NCBI GenBank assembly: GCA_963728915.1
Contig: CAVSLV010000002.1
Span: forward strand, 256,001-320,000
Direction: 5' to 3'
DNA from: an uncultured Gemmatimonadales bacterium
Lineage (GTDB): Bacteria; Gemmatimonadota; Gemmatimonadetes; Gemmatimonadales; GWC2-71-9
Length of the DNA stretch: 64,000 bases
Under the pieces are notes generated by a model, which was given only the letters and a program-made list of their open reading frames with translations, did not search any database and was not told the origin of the DNA. How positions within the stretch are numbered: the first letter of the stretch is position 1; each line of letters begins with the position of its first letter. Both the position numbers and the translations under genes were made by a program. Shown here piece after piece: positions 21,075 to 32,154 of this stretch.

Positions 21075-22211
21075 TCAGATCCGGTTCCGGCGAAGCTCGG
21101 AGAGTGGATAGAAGGTCCCCCGCCAGCGAATTCCCCTCCGCCACAGGGTGAGAACCGTGGCGCGAAGCAGCACCCACGCGAGCAGAAGGCAGCTGACCGG
21201 AAACACGAGGGCCGTCCGCACCCGGGTGGGGATCTCCCGCGCCAGGGCCCGGGCCGCGAGCACCTGAAAGAGGAGCGCGCCCAGCCCGGCGAGGCGAGCC
21301 GCCGGTCCACCGAGCACGATCGCGAGCAGGGGCACCAGCGCGGTGACCAGGTTGAGCAGCACCCCGCCAAGCGCCGCGGTGGCGTGGTATCCCACGACCG
21401 CGAATGAGTTCTTCATCAGGCCATCGACGGCTTCGCCGAGCGAGGCATACCACTCCACCGCGATGGCGCCGCGGCCCCGAAGCACCCCGGGTCGCGCTCC
21501 GCTCCGCACCAGGAGCTTGGCGAGCTTGAGGTCGTCGTCCGGGCGAAGCCGGATCGGTTCGTGCCCCCCGGCGCGCCGGTAGCTCGAAGCGTTCACGAGG
21601 TTGAAAGCCCCCACGCCGGCATAGCGACGACTCCGGGGCTTGCCCACCCGCCAGGGGCGCGCGGCGACCAGTCCCCACGTCGCGAAGCCGGTGACGAACG
21701 CCTGAAGCCAGAAGCCGGGGACCAGGATCTCCGGCAGGACGGTCACGTGATCGAGGGACGTGGCGATCGCGTAGCCGACCGCGCGGCCGACCGACCGGGG
21801 AGCCATCACGACGTCGCCGTCGGTGAAGAGCAGCCACTCGCCGCTGGCAGCGGCCGCGCCGGCGGCGAGCGCGTGGTTCTTCCCGAGCCAGCCGGGCGGG
21901 AGCTCCCGGACGTGCATAACCCGCAACCGCGGATCCCCGGCGGCGAGCCGGTCCAGGATCTCCCCGGTCCCGTCGGCGGAGCGATCGTCCACCGCCACCA
22001 CCTCGAGACGCGGGTACTCCTGCGCGAGCAACGAGCCAACTGCGGCGCCGACCCCGCGGGCTTCGTCCCGCGCGGCCACGATGATCGAGACCATCGGACC
22101 GTCCGGGGGCTGGGGAAGCTCCTCGAGCTGGGGGAGCTGCCTCATGCCGAAGCGGATGTCGAGCCAGGCCAGCAGGCTCGCGGCGAAGAGCAGAACAGCG
22201 AGTGGGAGCAC
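21075..22211 (-). CDS. GT2 glycosyltransferase, membrane-bound (HpnB/CrtQ-like)
   Basis: VSIIVAARDE, VDDRSADGT, GWLGKNHA, FTDGD and PDDDL, with flanking TM helices. Confidence 0.88.
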   Translation of the reverse strand: MLPLAVLLFAASLLAWLDIRFGMRQLPQLEELPQPPDGPMVSIIVAARDEARGVGAAVGSLLAQEYPRLEVVAVDDRSADGTGEILDRLAAGDPRLRVMHVRELPPGWLGKNHALAAGAAAASGEWLLFTDGDVVMAPRSVGRAVGYAIATSLDHVTVLPEILVPGFWLQAFVTGFATWGLVAARPWRVGKPRSRRYAGVGAFNLVNASSYRRAGGHEPIRLRPDDDLKLAKLLVRSGARPGVLRGRGAIAVEWYASLGEAVDGLMKNSFAVVGYHATAALGGVLLNLVTALVPLLAIVLGGPAARLAGLGALLFQVLAARALAREIPTRVRTALVFPVSCLLLAWVLLRATVLTLWRRGIRWRGTFYPLSELRRNRI

Positions 22212-22243
22212 CGCCCAGGAACCCCTTTCGAAACTCGATTACT

Positions 22244-22253
22244 CGATATATCG
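22244..22253. promoter_or_regulatory. Palindrome CGATATATCG, candidate PadR operator
   Basis: Perfect 10-bp palindrome in the AT-rich gap between the divergent GT2 and padR genes. Confidence 0.55.
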
Positions 22254-22290
22254 TAAGAACTATCGTCCGTTACATCTCACGAGGTATCTA

Positions 22291-22886
22291 ATGCGTAAGT
22301 CAAGCGATGATTGGGGTTTAGGAGGATTCGGTGATTTTTTTTCGTTTGAGCTCCCGAGCATCTTCGGGATTAGAGCTGGTTCCGGGAGGCATCGACATCG
22401 ATCGCGCGAACCCAGATGTTCGAGTCGGGTGAGGTCAAGTTCGTCATCCTCCGGCTGCTCAAGGAAAAGCCCAGCCACGGCTACGAGATCATCAAGGCTC
22501 TCGAGGAGCGGCTGTCCGGGTGCTACACTCCCTCAGCCGGCACGGTGTATCCCACCCTCCAGCTTCTCGAGGACCAGGGGTATGTCCGGGTGGTCGAGGA
22601 GAACGGGAAGAAAGTCTACCACATCACCCCCGAGGGCGAGGCGTTCCTCAGCGAGCACAAGGATGCGGTGGAGGACATCTTCGACCGGGTGCGGGACACG
22701 GTGCGGGATTTCACCGGGGGGCCGATGGGCGAGCTGCACCAGGCGTTCGGAAAGGTCGCCCGGGCCTCCTACAAGCGGGCCTGGCGGTACGGGCCGGGCC
22801 ACCCGGCGGTGCCGAGGATCGTGGAGATCCTGAATCGGACCGCGGCCGAGATCGAGGCTGAATGGACCAGGGGAGGAGTTGAATGA
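22291..22886 (+). CDS. PadR family transcriptional regulator (true start probably 22291 with a frameshift near 22410, otherwise 22416)
   Basis: FESGEVKFVILRLLKEKPSHGYEIIK, PSAGTVYPTLQLLEDQGY and KKVYHITPEG. The upstream frame encodes an FG-rich leader typical of this subfamily. Confidence 0.9.
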
Positions 22887-23146
22887 GATTCCCGACGTGG
22901 CTCGTGGTTCTGCTTGCGATCTTCTGGATCGGGCCGATGATGCGGTGGATGTTCGGCCAGGGGCACGAAGCGCGCCGGCGGGTACGGGGCAAGCGAGGGC
23001 GGCTGCAGGAAGAGCAGCTCGAGGCGGCGCTGGAGGAGCGTGACCAGGTGATCGAGGATCTTCAGCGGCGGCTCACCGAGCTCGAGTCCCGGCTGGATTT
23101 CACCGAACGAATGCTCTCGACGCCGAAGCAGTCGGCCGGGATCTGA
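22883..23146 (+). CDS. Small membrane-anchored coiled-coil protein
   Basis: GGAG RBS and ATGA overlap with the padR stop. One TM helix followed by RLTELESRLDFTERML. Confidence 0.75.
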   Translation: MRFPTWLVVLLAIFWIGPMMRWMFGQGHEARRRVRGKRGRLQEEQLEAALEERDQVIEDLQRRLTELESRLDFTERMLSTPKQSAGI

Positions 23147-23203
23147 ACGCGCCTTCCCGGCCTCTTCACCATGGCTTCAGGAGCGGTTCCCAGATTCCCG
23201 GGC

Positions 23204-23722
23204 ATGGTGACGCGCTCTCGTATCGTCGTGGCGACCGGCATTCTCGCCCTCGTTGGGGGATGCCACTACCAGGGCACTCCCGTCCCGATCGCGGGAGACA
23301 CCCAACTCCTCTCCGGCGAGTGGGACGGGACGTACTCGAGCGAGCAAACCGGGCGGAGCGGCACGATCGTCTTCTCCCTCAAAGCCGGTACCGATTCGGC
23401 CTTCGGCGATGTCTGGATGATTCCGCGCCGGCCCGATTACGTGCAGAACCCCGGCGGGGTTCCGGAAGAATCCCGCTCGGATCGAATGCTGGCTCGGCCG
23501 CTCCGGATCGCGTTCGTGCGTTGTGCCGAAGGGGAAGTGACCGGTCGGCTGGATCCCTACGAGGATCCGGAGACTGGAGACCGGATCTTCACCACGTTCG
23601 AAGGTCGCCTCGAGGGGAAACAATTCAAGGGACGGTTTTCCTCCCTGTATCAGCCGAGTGGCATGCGGGCCACCGGCACCTGGTCGGTGACACGGAAGTC
23701 CCCCCCTCCCCCCCAGCCCTAG
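23204..23722 (+). CDS. Hypothetical lipoprotein
   Basis: LVGGC lipobox followed by a beta-rich domain (LSGEWDGTYSS..GRSGTIVF). Confidence 0.7.
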   Translation: MVTRSRIVVATGILALVGGCHYQGTPVPIAGDTQLLSGEWDGTYSSEQTGRSGTIVFSLKAGTDSAFGDVWMIPRRPDYVQNPGGVPEESRSDRMLARPLRIAFVRCAEGEVTGRLDPYEDPETGDRIFTTFEGRLEGKQFKGRFSSLYQPSGMRATGTWSVTRKSPPPPQP

Positions 23723-23773
23723 CTCGACGCAACAACCTCCGGGCATGGCGCGTCGTATAGGTTTAGGCACATC

Positions 23774-25636
23774 ATGTCCGCCATCTCTTCTCCCGACCCT
23801 GGGCTGCTGAGCACGTTGAGGCAGGCGCTCGACTCGACCTACGAGATCGAGCGCGAAATCGGTGGGGGAATGAGCCGCGTGTTCGTCGGGACCGAGAAGG
23901 CGCTCGGCCGCCGCGTGGTCATCAAAGTCCTTCCGCCCGAGCTCACGGCCGGCGTCAATCGGGAGCGGTTCCGGCGGGAGATCCAGTTCGCCGCCCGGCT
24001 TCAGCACCCCCACATCGTTCCGCTCCTCACCGCCGGCCAGGCGGGCGACATTCTCTACTACACCATGCCCCTGGTCGAAGGCGAGACCCTCCGAGCCAGG
24101 CTGGACCGTGAGAAGCGGCTTCCCGCCGCGAGCGTGGTCTCGATTCTCCAGGACGTGGTCGATGCGCTCGCCTATGCTCATGGCCGTGGGCTGATTCACC
24201 GCGACATCAAGCCCGAGAACATCCTGCTTCAGCGGAACCACGCCCTGGTCACCGATTTCGGCGTGGCGAAGGCCATCAGCGAGGCCTTGCCGGGTACCGC
24301 CGCCACGACGATCGGGATCGCGGTGGGCACCCCCGCCTACATGGCCCCCGAACAGCTCGCAGCCGATCCGGCCGCCGACCACCGGATCGATCTCTATGCG
24401 GTGGGATTGCTGGGCTACGAGCTCCTGTCGGGGTCCTCACCCTTCAGCGGTTCGTCTCCCCAGCAGACCCTGGCGCGGCAGATGACCGAGCGGCCCACTC
24501 CGCCGCATCTGCGCCGCTCCGATATCCCGTCCGATCTCTCCGACCTCATCATGCGGTGCCTGGAAAAGGCGCCGGAGGCGCGCTGGCATTCTGCGGATGA
24601 GCTGCTGGCCGCTCTCGCCAGGCTCCGGCTCACTTCCGGCGGGTTCCCCGCGCTCACCAGGGCCCTGGGGCTGTCGGGAATGCCCAAGGCCAGGCGCAAT
24701 ATTCTGGTGGGGAGTACCCTGATCCTGCTCCTCGCCGCCAGTCTGAGCACCTACGCGATGCTGGGGGCCCATCGGAAGCCGAAGCTCGAACCGGCGCCGG
24801 CGCCCCAGGACTCCCTCCGGGTCTCGACCCAGGGGGCCCTAACCCGCGCCGACTCCGAGGCCATCGCGGCCGCCTTTGCCCGCCGGATCCTCGAGGAACG
24901 GGCCCCGGTGCACAATGCACTGAGCCCTGCTCCGACCAGGCAAGCCGGTCCCGCCGCGAAGTCGGAGGTCAAGCCGGTCGTCCCGACCGCGGATTCGGCG
25001 CGACGCGTGGTGGTCGATGGACAGGTTGTGACGATTCCGGTCGGGCCGGGGGTCAGCCTGAAAGAATTGGATTCGATCCGGGTCCAGGTGGAGCACGCCA
25101 TCGGGGATTCGGTGTTGCGGACCCTCGCCATGATGAGGAACCTGCGCGGGAGGGTTCCCCAGGCCCCCGGGGTCGCGGTTCCGCCGGAGTTCGCGCCGCC
25201 CACGACTCCGCCTGGAGCGCCCAGTGGCCCCGACCGGCTCGTCGTCCTGAACGTGGTGGACGTCAGTCGGGAGCGCGACCTCAAGGACGTCGCCGCGCTG
25301 GTCACGGACTCGATGGTGCACGCCCTGCGGCGGGAAGGGAACGTGCGGGTGCTGAACGGAGAACGCCTCGATGAGCTGGAGCGGCAGTTCGGCAGCGATC
25401 AGGTGCTCGGGATGTCCCTGGGCGCTTCCGCCGTCCTGCGCAGCTCACTGACCACCCGCCGGGACAGCCTCATGCTGTTCGTCGCCGTCTTCGATACCCG
25501 GGCCCAGCGCTACCTCCGGTCGTTCCGCGCCATGGCGCCCAGGAACGCGCCCGAACAGCTCGCGGCCAACCTGGTCCCCATGTTCGAGGAGTGGCTTCGC
25601 CGCGCTCCATCGGCGCAACGCCACGACTCGCCCTGA
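23774..25636 (+). CDS. Hanks-type Ser/Thr protein kinase with TM helix and extracytoplasmic domain
   Basis: GGGMSRVF, VIKV, HRDIKPEN, DFG and GTPAYMAPEQ, with a TM helix at about residues 310-330. Confidence 0.93.
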   Translation: MSAISSPDPGLLSTLRQALDSTYEIEREIGGGMSRVFVGTEKALGRRVVIKVLPPELTAGVNRERFRREIQFAARLQHPHIVPLLTAGQAGDILYYTMPLVEGETLRARLDREKRLPAASVVSILQDVVDALAYAHGRGLIHRDIKPENILLQRNHALVTDFGVAKAISEALPGTAATTIGIAVGTPAYMAPEQLAADPAADHRIDLYAVGLLGYELLSGSSPFSGSSPQQTLARQMTERPTPPHLRRSDIPSDLSDLIMRCLEKAPEARWHSADELLAALARLRLTSGGFPALTRALGLSGMPKARRNILVGSTLILLLAASLSTYAMLGAHRKPKLEPAPAPQDSLRVSTQGALTRADSEAIAAAFARRILEERAPVHNALSPAPTRQAGPAAKSEVKPVVPTADSARRVVVDGQVVTIPVGPGVSLKELDSIRVQVEHAIGDSVLRTLAMMRNLRGRVPQAPGVAVPPEFAPPTTPPGAPSGPDRLVVLNVVDVSRERDLKDVAALVTDSMVHALRREGNVRVLNGERLDELERQFGSDQVLGMSLGASAVLRSSLTTRRDSLMLFVAVFDTRAQRYLRSFRAMAPRNAPEQLAANLVPMFEEWLRRAPSAQRHDSP

Positions 25637-25645
25637 CGGGCGGCG

Positions 25646-26179
25646 CTATTTGAGCTTGATGTCGGCCCCGGGGCACTTTACCCGCTCGAACCGGACCTCC
25701 ACGCTCGGGCCATCCCCTTCGTTCCGCGGAATCAACGAACCATCCGACGCCATCCGGTAGATGATCCGGGTGGGAAATCCCTTCTTGGCCGGGTTCTCGA
25801 AGAGCACGTACTCGTCCGCCAGAGTCTTGAGCGGGTAGACGTCTTCCGGCTTCCCGTCGCTCGAGGCCGCGAACACCACCATCGAATCCTCCCACTGAAT
25901 CCGGGTGAACTCGTAGCCGGTGGCGCGGTCCTTGGTGAGGTACCGGGTGGTGGCGAGGAGCAGGTTCTCCGAGGGAGAGGTCCAGTTCTCTTCGACCACG
26001 TCGTCCTTCCCGGTCTGGCCCCGCCAGCACCCTTCCATGAACTTGAACCTCGAGAAGTCCACGTTGGGCTTCCGGGGAGGAGCGGGTTTCTCGACCGGCT
26101 TGGGCTTTTCCTGGGCAGACAGGGCGCTGGCGCTGCCGATCGAAGCCGCGCCCATCACCAGGAGGAATCGAAGTTGCAT
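25646..26179 (-). CDS. Exported hypothetical protein (DUF6265-like)
   Basis: Signal peptide, FMEGCWRG...VEENWT and [12 protein letters not shown]. Confidence 0.7.
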   Translation of the reverse strand: MQLRFLLVMGAASIGSASALSAQEKPKPVEKPAPPRKPNVDFSRFKFMEGCWRGQTGKDDVVEENWTSPSENLLLATTRYLTKDRATGYEFTRIQWEDSMVVFAASSDGKPEDVYPLKTLADEYVLFENPAKKGFPTRIIYRMASDGSLIPRNEGDGPSVEVRFERVKCPGADIKLK

Positions 26180-26240
26180 AGGCCTGAAGGAAAGTGAGTG
26201 CGATGTTAGTTTTCAACTACTTCGACGGAGCGCATGCGGC

Positions 26241-27731
26241 ATGACCTCCACAGCCACTCTCCCAGAGGCCTTTACCCCGGCCCGCGAAGCGGGGCGACCC
26301 GCCTTCAAGGTGCGGGACCTCGCCCAGGCCGAGCTCGGCAGGAAAGAGATCCGGCTCGCCGAGCAGGAGATGCCCGGGCTCATGGCCCTGCGCGCCGAGC
26401 TGGCCGCTCGGCGGCCGCTCGCCGGGGCGAAGATCATGGGCTCCCTCCACATGACCATACAGACAGCCGTGTTGATCGAAACCCTGACGGAGCTGGGGGC
26501 CGACGTCCGCTGGGTTTCCTGCAACATCTTCTCCACCCAGGACCAGGCCGCCGCCGCCGCCGTGGTCGGGAAGGACGGCACCCCTGCTAACCCGCAAGGT
26601 ACTCCGGTCTTCGCCTGGAAGGGCGAAACGCTCGAGGAATACTGGTGGTGTACCGAGCAGGCCCTGATGTGGCCCGACGGGTCGGGCCCTACCCTGCTGC
26701 TCGACGACGGCGGCGACGCCACCCTGCTCATCCACAAGGGCGCCGAGTTCGAGAAGGCCGGCAAGGTCCCGGCCTTCGATGCCGACAAGGAGCCCGAGGA
26801 GTGGGGCGTGATCCTCGAGCTCCTGGGCGCCGAGCAGAAGAAGCATCCGGGGCGCTGGACCAGGGTGGCCGCGGGGATCGTGGGCGTCTCCGAGGAAACC
26901 ACCACCGGGGTTCGGCGGCTCTACGAAATGATGCAGAAGGGCACCCTGCTCTTCCCGGCAATCAACGTGAACGACTCGGTGACCAAATCGAAGTTCGACA
27001 ACATCTACGGCTGCCGCCATTCGGTGATCGACGGTCTCAACCGTGCCACCGACGTGATGCTCTCCGGCAAGGTCGCGGTGGTCTGCGGGTACGGTGAGGT
27101 GGGCAAGGGGTGCGCCCAGGCCCTCCGGGGCCAGGGTGCCCGCGTGGTGATTACGGAGATCGATCCGATCTGCGCCCTCCAGGCCGCGATGGAAGGATTC
27201 CAGGTGACCACCGTGGAAGACGTGGTCGAGACCGCCGACGTGTTCATCACCGCCACCGGGAACCACGATGTGATTACCGCGCAGCACATGGCGCGGATGA
27301 AGGACAAGGCGATCGTCGGGAACATCGGCCACTTCGACAATGAGATCGACATGGCCGGGCTCAAGAAGACCAAGGGGATCAAGCGGATCAACATCAAGCC
27401 GCAATACGATGAATGGGTCTTCCCCGACGGCCACAGCGTGCTGATCCTCGCCGAGGGCCGGCTCCTCAACCTGGGCTGCGCCACCGGGCACCCGAGTTTC
27501 GTCATGTCGGCGAGCTTCACCAATCAGGTGATGGCGCAGATCGAGCTGCACAAGAACGCGTCGAAGTACCAGAAGCAGGTCTACATCCTGCCCAAGCACC
27601 TCGACGAGCGGGTCGCCCGGCTCCATTTGGAGAAACTGGGTGTCAAGCTCACCGCCCTGCGCCCGGACCAGGCCGAATACATCGGGGTCAAAGTCGAGGG
27701 CCCCTACAAGCCCGAGCACTACCGCTATTGA
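26241..27731 (+). CDS. ahcY: S-adenosylhomocysteine hydrolase
   Basis: [37 protein letters not shown] and [10 protein letters not shown]. Confidence 0.98.
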   Translation: MTSTATLPEAFTPAREAGRPAFKVRDLAQAELGRKEIRLAEQEMPGLMALRAELAARRPLAGAKIMGSLHMTIQTAVLIETLTELGADVRWVSCNIFSTQDQAAAAAVVGKDGTPANPQGTPVFAWKGETLEEYWWCTEQALMWPDGSGPTLLLDDGGDATLLIHKGAEFEKAGKVPAFDADKEPEEWGVILELLGAEQKKHPGRWTRVAAGIVGVSEETTTGVRRLYEMMQKGTLLFPAINVNDSVTKSKFDNIYGCRHSVIDGLNRATDVMLSGKVAVVCGYGEVGKGCAQALRGQGARVVITEIDPICALQAAMEGFQVTTVEDVVETADVFITATGNHDVITAQHMARMKDKAIVGNIGHFDNEIDMAGLKKTKGIKRINIKPQYDEWVFPDGHSVLILAEGRLLNLGCATGHPSFVMSASFTNQVMAQIELHKNASKYQKQVYILPKHLDERVARLHLEKLGVKLTALRPDQAEYIGVKVEGPYKPEHYRY

Positions 27732-27746
27732 CCGTATGATCCACAG

Positions 27747-30700
27747 ATGACACAGATGCCGTTGGTCAATTTTCACTCCGTCATCTCGCACTGGTTCTCC
27801 GAACGGATCGGGCAACCCACCCCCGCGCAGACCCGCGGCTGGGAATCCATTCGCACGGGTCATGACACCCTGATCGCGGCCCCGACCGGCTCGGGGAAGA
27901 CGCTCGCCGCCTTCCTGATCTCGCTGGATCAGCTGCTTCGCGAATCCCTCGACGGGCCGCTCCCCGACCAGGTCCGGGTCGTCTATGTCTCCCCGCTCAA
28001 GGCCTTGAGCGCCGATATCCACAAGAACCTCGCGGAGCCGCGCCGGGAAATCCGGAAGCTCGCCGAGGAGGCCGGGTTAGGAACGCCGCACCTCACCGCC
28101 GCGGTCCGCTCGGGCGACACCACGCCCGCCGAGCGGCTCGCGATGCTCAAGACCCCGCCCCACATCCTGGTCACCACGCCCGAGTCGCTCTACCTGCTGC
28201 TCACCTCGGAGCGGAGCCGGGAGATGCTCCGGACCGCGCGCACCGTCATCGTGGACGAGATCCATTCGGTGGTGGAGACCCGCCGGGGCGCACATCTGTC
28301 CCTCACGCTCGAGCGGCTCGACCATGTCGCGGGCCGGAAGCTCCAGCGCATCGGCCTCTCGGCGACCCAGAAGCCGATCGACATGGTGGCGGCGTGGCTC
28401 ACCGGAAGCGGCGGCCGGGCGGTGATCGTGGACGAAGGCCACCGTCGCGAGCTCGATCTTGCGCTCGAGCTGCCCGGCTCACCACTCCAGGCGGTGATGT
28501 CAGCGGAGGTCTGGACCGAGGTCTACGAGCGCCTGGTGGATCTGATCAAGCAGCACCAGACCACCCTGATCTTCGTCAATACCCGGCGGCTCGCCGAGCG
28601 GGCCGCCCGCCAGCTCGCCGACCGGCTGGGCGAAGAGGCGGTCACCGCGCACCACGGCAGCCTTTCCAAGGAAACCCGGCTCGATGCCGAGGACCGGCTC
28701 AAGAACGGCGGGTTACGGGCCCTGGTGGCGACGTCCTCGCTCGAGCTGGGCATCGACATCGGCCATGTGGATCTGGTCTGTCAGCTCGGCTCGCCTCGGC
28801 GGATCGCCACGTTCCTCCAGCGGGTGGGCCGGTCGGGGCACACCGTGCGGGGGACCCCGAAAGGGCGGCTCTTTCCCCTGACCCGTGACGAGCTGGTCGA
28901 GTGCACCGCGCTGCTGCGGGCCGTCAGGAAGGGCGACCTCGACCGGATCGTGATGCAGGAACGGCCGCTCGATGTGCTGGCCCAGCAGATCACCGCCGAA
29001 GCCGCCGCCGAGCAGTGGTCCACCGAGTCGCTGTTTGAGCGATTCCGATCGGCGTACCCCTATCGCGGATTGGCTCGCGCACCGTTCGATGCGGTCATCG
29101 AGATGCTGGCCAACGGTTTTGTGACTCGTCGGGGCCGGCGGGGCGCCCTGATCCATCACGACGCCGTGAATGGGCGGATCCGGGGCCGTCGAGGCGCCCG
29201 GCTCACCGCGCTCACCTCGGGCGGCGCGATCCCCGATGTCGCCGACTACCGCGTGGTCCTGGAGCCGGAAGGAACCTTCGTCGGCACCATTAACGAAGAC
29301 TTCGCGATCGAGAGCAGCGCGGGTGACATTTTCCAGCTCGGCAACACGTCCTGGTGCATGTTGCGCATCGAGCGCGGCACGGTCCGGGTGGCAGACGCCC
29401 GCGGCCAACCCCCGACGGTTCCCTTCTGGCTCGGGGAAGCGCTGGGTCGGAGCAAGGAGCTCTCGATCGAAGTGTCGGAGCTCCGCCGGGAAATCGAGGA
29501 GCGGCTGGAAGACCGGGCCGGTGCGGTGGCATGGCTGACTCGACAAGGGATCCCGGAACCCGGCGCGCTCCAGATCGTCGAATACCTGGGTGAGTCGTAC
29601 CGGCTTCTGGGAGACCTCCCGACCCGGGATACCCTGATCGCGGAGCGATTCTTCGACGAAGCGGGTGGAATGCAGCTGGTACTGCATTCGCCGTACGGAA
29701 GCCGTATCAACAAGGCGTGGGGACTCGCGCTGCGAAAGCGATTCTGCCGCCAGTTCAACTTCGAGCTCCAGGCGGCCGCCACCGAAGATGCGGTGCTGCT
29801 CTCCCTGGGGCCTCAGCATTCCTTCCCGCTGGAGACGGTCTTCCGGTTCCTCAATGCGAAGACCGCCCGGGAGATCCTGATCCAGGCGATGCTCGACGCG
29901 CCGGTGTTCGGAACCCGGTGGCGCTGGAACGCGAACATCTCCCTCGCGGTGCCCCGGTATCGCAGCGGGAAGAAGGTGGCGCCGCAGCTCCAGAGAATGG
30001 AATCGGAGGATCTGCTGGCGGCGGCGTTTCCCGACGCGGCGGCCTGTCTGGAGAACATCCCGGGCGATCGTCAGATCCCCGAGCACCCGCTGGTCGAGCA
30101 GACCATCGAGGACTGCCTCCACGAGGCGATGGATCTCACCGGGCTCGAGGAGATGCTCCGGAAGATCGAGAGCGGGGCGATCCGCTGCGTGGCGAGAGAC
30201 CTGCCCGAGCCCTCGCCGCTCTCCCACGAGATCCTGAACGCCCGGCCCTACGCCTTCCTGGACGACGCGCCGCTCGAGGAGCGCCGGACCCAGGCGGTGC
30301 AGACCCGCCGTGCCTTCGAGCCAGGATCGGCGGATGATCTGGGCGCACTCGATGGCGATGCTATCGCGCGGGTGAGGGACGAAGCCTGGCCCGAAGTGAT
30401 CCACGCCGATGAGCTGCACGACGCGCTGCTCGTCTCGGGGTTTCTGACCGAGCAGGAGGGCCGGACCGGCCGGAACGGGATCTCCTGGGAGCCCTGGTTC
30501 GAGGAGCTGGTGGGAGATCACCGGGCCGAGCGGGTTAGGGGGCTCTGGGTGGCATCGGAACGGATTCCGCTGGCGCACGGGTTGCCGGACGAGGCGGCCG
30601 TGCGGGAGCTGCTCCGGGGCCGGCTCGAGATCGTCGGACCAACCACCGCTCAGGAGCTGGCCAGCTCGCTCGGCGTCGATACTGCCGTAGTGGATTCCGC

Positions 30701-32078
30701 GCTGCTCGCTCTGGAGAGCGAGGGTGTGATCCTCCGGGGCCGCTTCATCCCCGGTGCTTCCCCACACCCAGCACCCAGCACCTCGCACCTGGAGTGGTGC
30801 GACCGGCGACTCCTCGCCCGGATCCATCGCTATACCCTGAACCGGCTCCGCGCCGAAATCGCGCCGGTCAATGGGGCGGATTTCCAGCGATTCCTGTTGG
30901 GCTGGCAGCGGGTGCAGCCGGGTGAACGGGCGCAGGGGCTGGAAGGCCTCGCCGCGGTGATCGAGCAGCTCGACGGTTACGAAGTTCCCGCTTCCGGCTG
31001 GGAGGCAGATATTCTGGGCGCCCGCTGCGCGGAATACGACCCTTCGCTGCTCGACCTGCTTTGTCTCACCGGCCGAATCGCCTGGGGACGGCTGTCTCGT
31101 CCCAATGGGCAGGGAAGAGAGAACGGGGATGGGCCTGCGGCACGGCCGATCCGGACCACGCCGATCGCGCTCTTCCAGCGAAGCAACGCCGGGTTATGGC
31201 AGCAGCTTGCCGGGGCCGATGGAGCGCCGCGGCTTTCGAGCTACGGGGAGACGGTTCGCGGGGCGCTGGAGCGGCGGGGCGCTTCGTTCTTCGCCGAGCT
31301 CGTGGCGGAGTCGGGGCTGCTGGCGACCCAGGTGGAACAGGCACTCGCCGAGCTCGCGGCGGCGGGCCTCGTGACGTCGGACAGCTATGCCGGGTTACGG
31401 GCGCTGCTTACGCCCTCGGCCAAGCGCCAGCCGCTCACCGGAGGGCCGAGGCGGCATCGGGTGGCGCCGTTCGGGATCGACCGGGCCGGGCGATGGGCGC
31501 TGATGGGGAGTCCTGAGTCGGGAGGCGCGAGTCGGGAGGCGATCGAGCGGTATGCGCGGACCCTGCTCCGGCGATATGGGGTCGTGTTCCACAAGATGCT
31601 CACGCGGGAGCCCTTCACGGTTCCGTGGCGCGAGCTGATGATGGTCTACCGGCGGCTCGAAGCGCGAGGGGAGATTCGGGGCGGGCGGTTCGTCGCGGGG
31701 GTGACCGGGGAGCAGTTCGCGCTGCCAGAGGCGGTGGTCGCCCTTCGGGCGGCTCGACGGGCGGGCGGGACCAGGACCCTGGTCGGCATTTCCGGTGCGG
31801 ACCCGCTCAATCTGGTCGGCATCGTGACGCCGGGTGAGCGGATCCCGGCCCTGGCCCGGAACCGGGTGCTATTCGAGGATGGGGTCCCGGTCGCGGTGCT
31901 CGAATCGGGAGAGGCCCGTTTCCTGAAGGAGCTCGCTCCGGAAGAGGAAACCGAGCTCAAGGCGGCTCTGATCAAGCGCACCGTCAGCCCGAGTCTCCGG
32001 ATGTATCTGGGGATCCCCGGGCGAGCGCCGAGGTCGCCCGATCAGTTGCAGCGCCGTCGTCGCAAAGCGCCCGCGTGA
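27747..32078 (+). CDS. lhr: Lhr-family ATP-dependent SF2 helicase (long form)
   Basis: [32 protein letters not shown] and QRVGRSGH, plus the C-terminal [17 protein letters not shown] domain. Confidence 0.92.
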   Translation: MTQMPLVNFHSVISHWFSERIGQPTPAQTRGWESIRTGHDTLIAAPTGSGKTLAAFLISLDQLLRESLDGPLPDQVRVVYVSPLKALSADIHKNLAEPRREIRKLAEEAGLGTPHLTAAVRSGDTTPAERLAMLKTPPHILVTTPESLYLLLTSERSREMLRTARTVIVDEIHSVVETRRGAHLSLTLERLDHVAGRKLQRIGLSATQKPIDMVAAWLTGSGGRAVIVDEGHRRELDLALELPGSPLQAVMSAEVWTEVYERLVDLIKQHQTTLIFVNTRRLAERAARQLADRLGEEAVTAHHGSLSKETRLDAEDRLKNGGLRALVATSSLELGIDIGHVDLVCQLGSPRRIATFLQRVGRSGHTVRGTPKGRLFPLTRDELVECTALLRAVRKGDLDRIVMQERPLDVLAQQITAEAAAEQWSTESLFERFRSAYPYRGLARAPFDAVIEMLANGFVTRRGRRGALIHHDAVNGRIRGRRGARLTALTSGGAIPDVADYRVVLEPEGTFVGTINEDFAIESSAGDIFQLGNTSWCMLRIERGTVRVADARGQPPTVPFWLGEALGRSKELSIEVSELRREIEERLEDRAGAVAWLTRQGIPEPGALQIVEYLGESYRLLGDLPTRDTLIAERFFDEAGGMQLVLHSPYGSRINKAWGLALRKRFCRQFNFELQAAATEDAVLLSLGPQHSFPLETVFRFLNAKTAREILIQAMLDAPVFGTRWRWNANISLAVPRYRSGKKVAPQLQRMESEDLLAAAFPDAAACLENIPGDRQIPEHPLVEQTIEDCLHEAMDLTGLEEMLRKIESGAIRCVARDLPEPSPLSHEILNARPYAFLDDAPLEERRTQAVQTRRAFEPGSADDLGALDGDAIARVRDEAWPEVIHADELHDALLVSGFLTEQEGRTGRNGISWEPWFEELVGDHRAERVRGLWVASERIPLAHGLPDEAAVRELLRGRLEIVGPTTAQELASSLGVDTAVVDSALLALESEGVILRGRFIPGASPHPAPSTSHLEWCDRRLLARIHRYTLNRLRAEIAPVNGADFQRFLLGWQRVQPGERAQGLEGLAAVIEQLDGYEVPASGWEADILGARCAEYDPSLLDLLCLTGRIAWGRLSRPNGQGRENGDGPAARPIRTTPIALFQRSNAGLWQQLAGADGAPRLSSYGETVRGALERRGASFFAELVAESGLLATQVEQALAELAAAGLVTSDSYAGLRALLTPSAKRQPLTGGPRRHRVAPFGIDRAGRWALMGSPESGGASREAIERYARTLLRRYGVVFHKMLTREPFTVPWRELMMVYRRLEARGEIRGGRFVAGVTGEQFALPEAVVALRAARRAGGTRTLVGISGADPLNLVGIVTPGERIPALARNRVLFEDGVPVAVLESGEARFLKELAPEEETELKAALIKRTVSPSLRMYLGIPGRAPRSPDQLQRRRRKAPA

Positions 32079-32154
32079 GGCAGTCGGGTTAGGGCGGTCG
32101 CCCCATTATGCGGCCGAAGATGGGAGCGGATGATTCAGCCATGAAGGCCACAGG

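Noticed and set aside
26180..26240. SAH riboswitch upstream of ahcY
   Set aside because: Only about 60 bp lie between the divergent genes. Apart from GGAGCGC, the conserved elements and stems were not found.
26217..30827. Long antisense ORFs (26217..28022 and 28713..30827; likewise 6187..7749, 12469..14553, 50553..52508 and 51793..54393)
   Set aside because: Shadow ORFs opposite well-supported genes. High GC suppresses stop codons and they carry no recognisable motifs.
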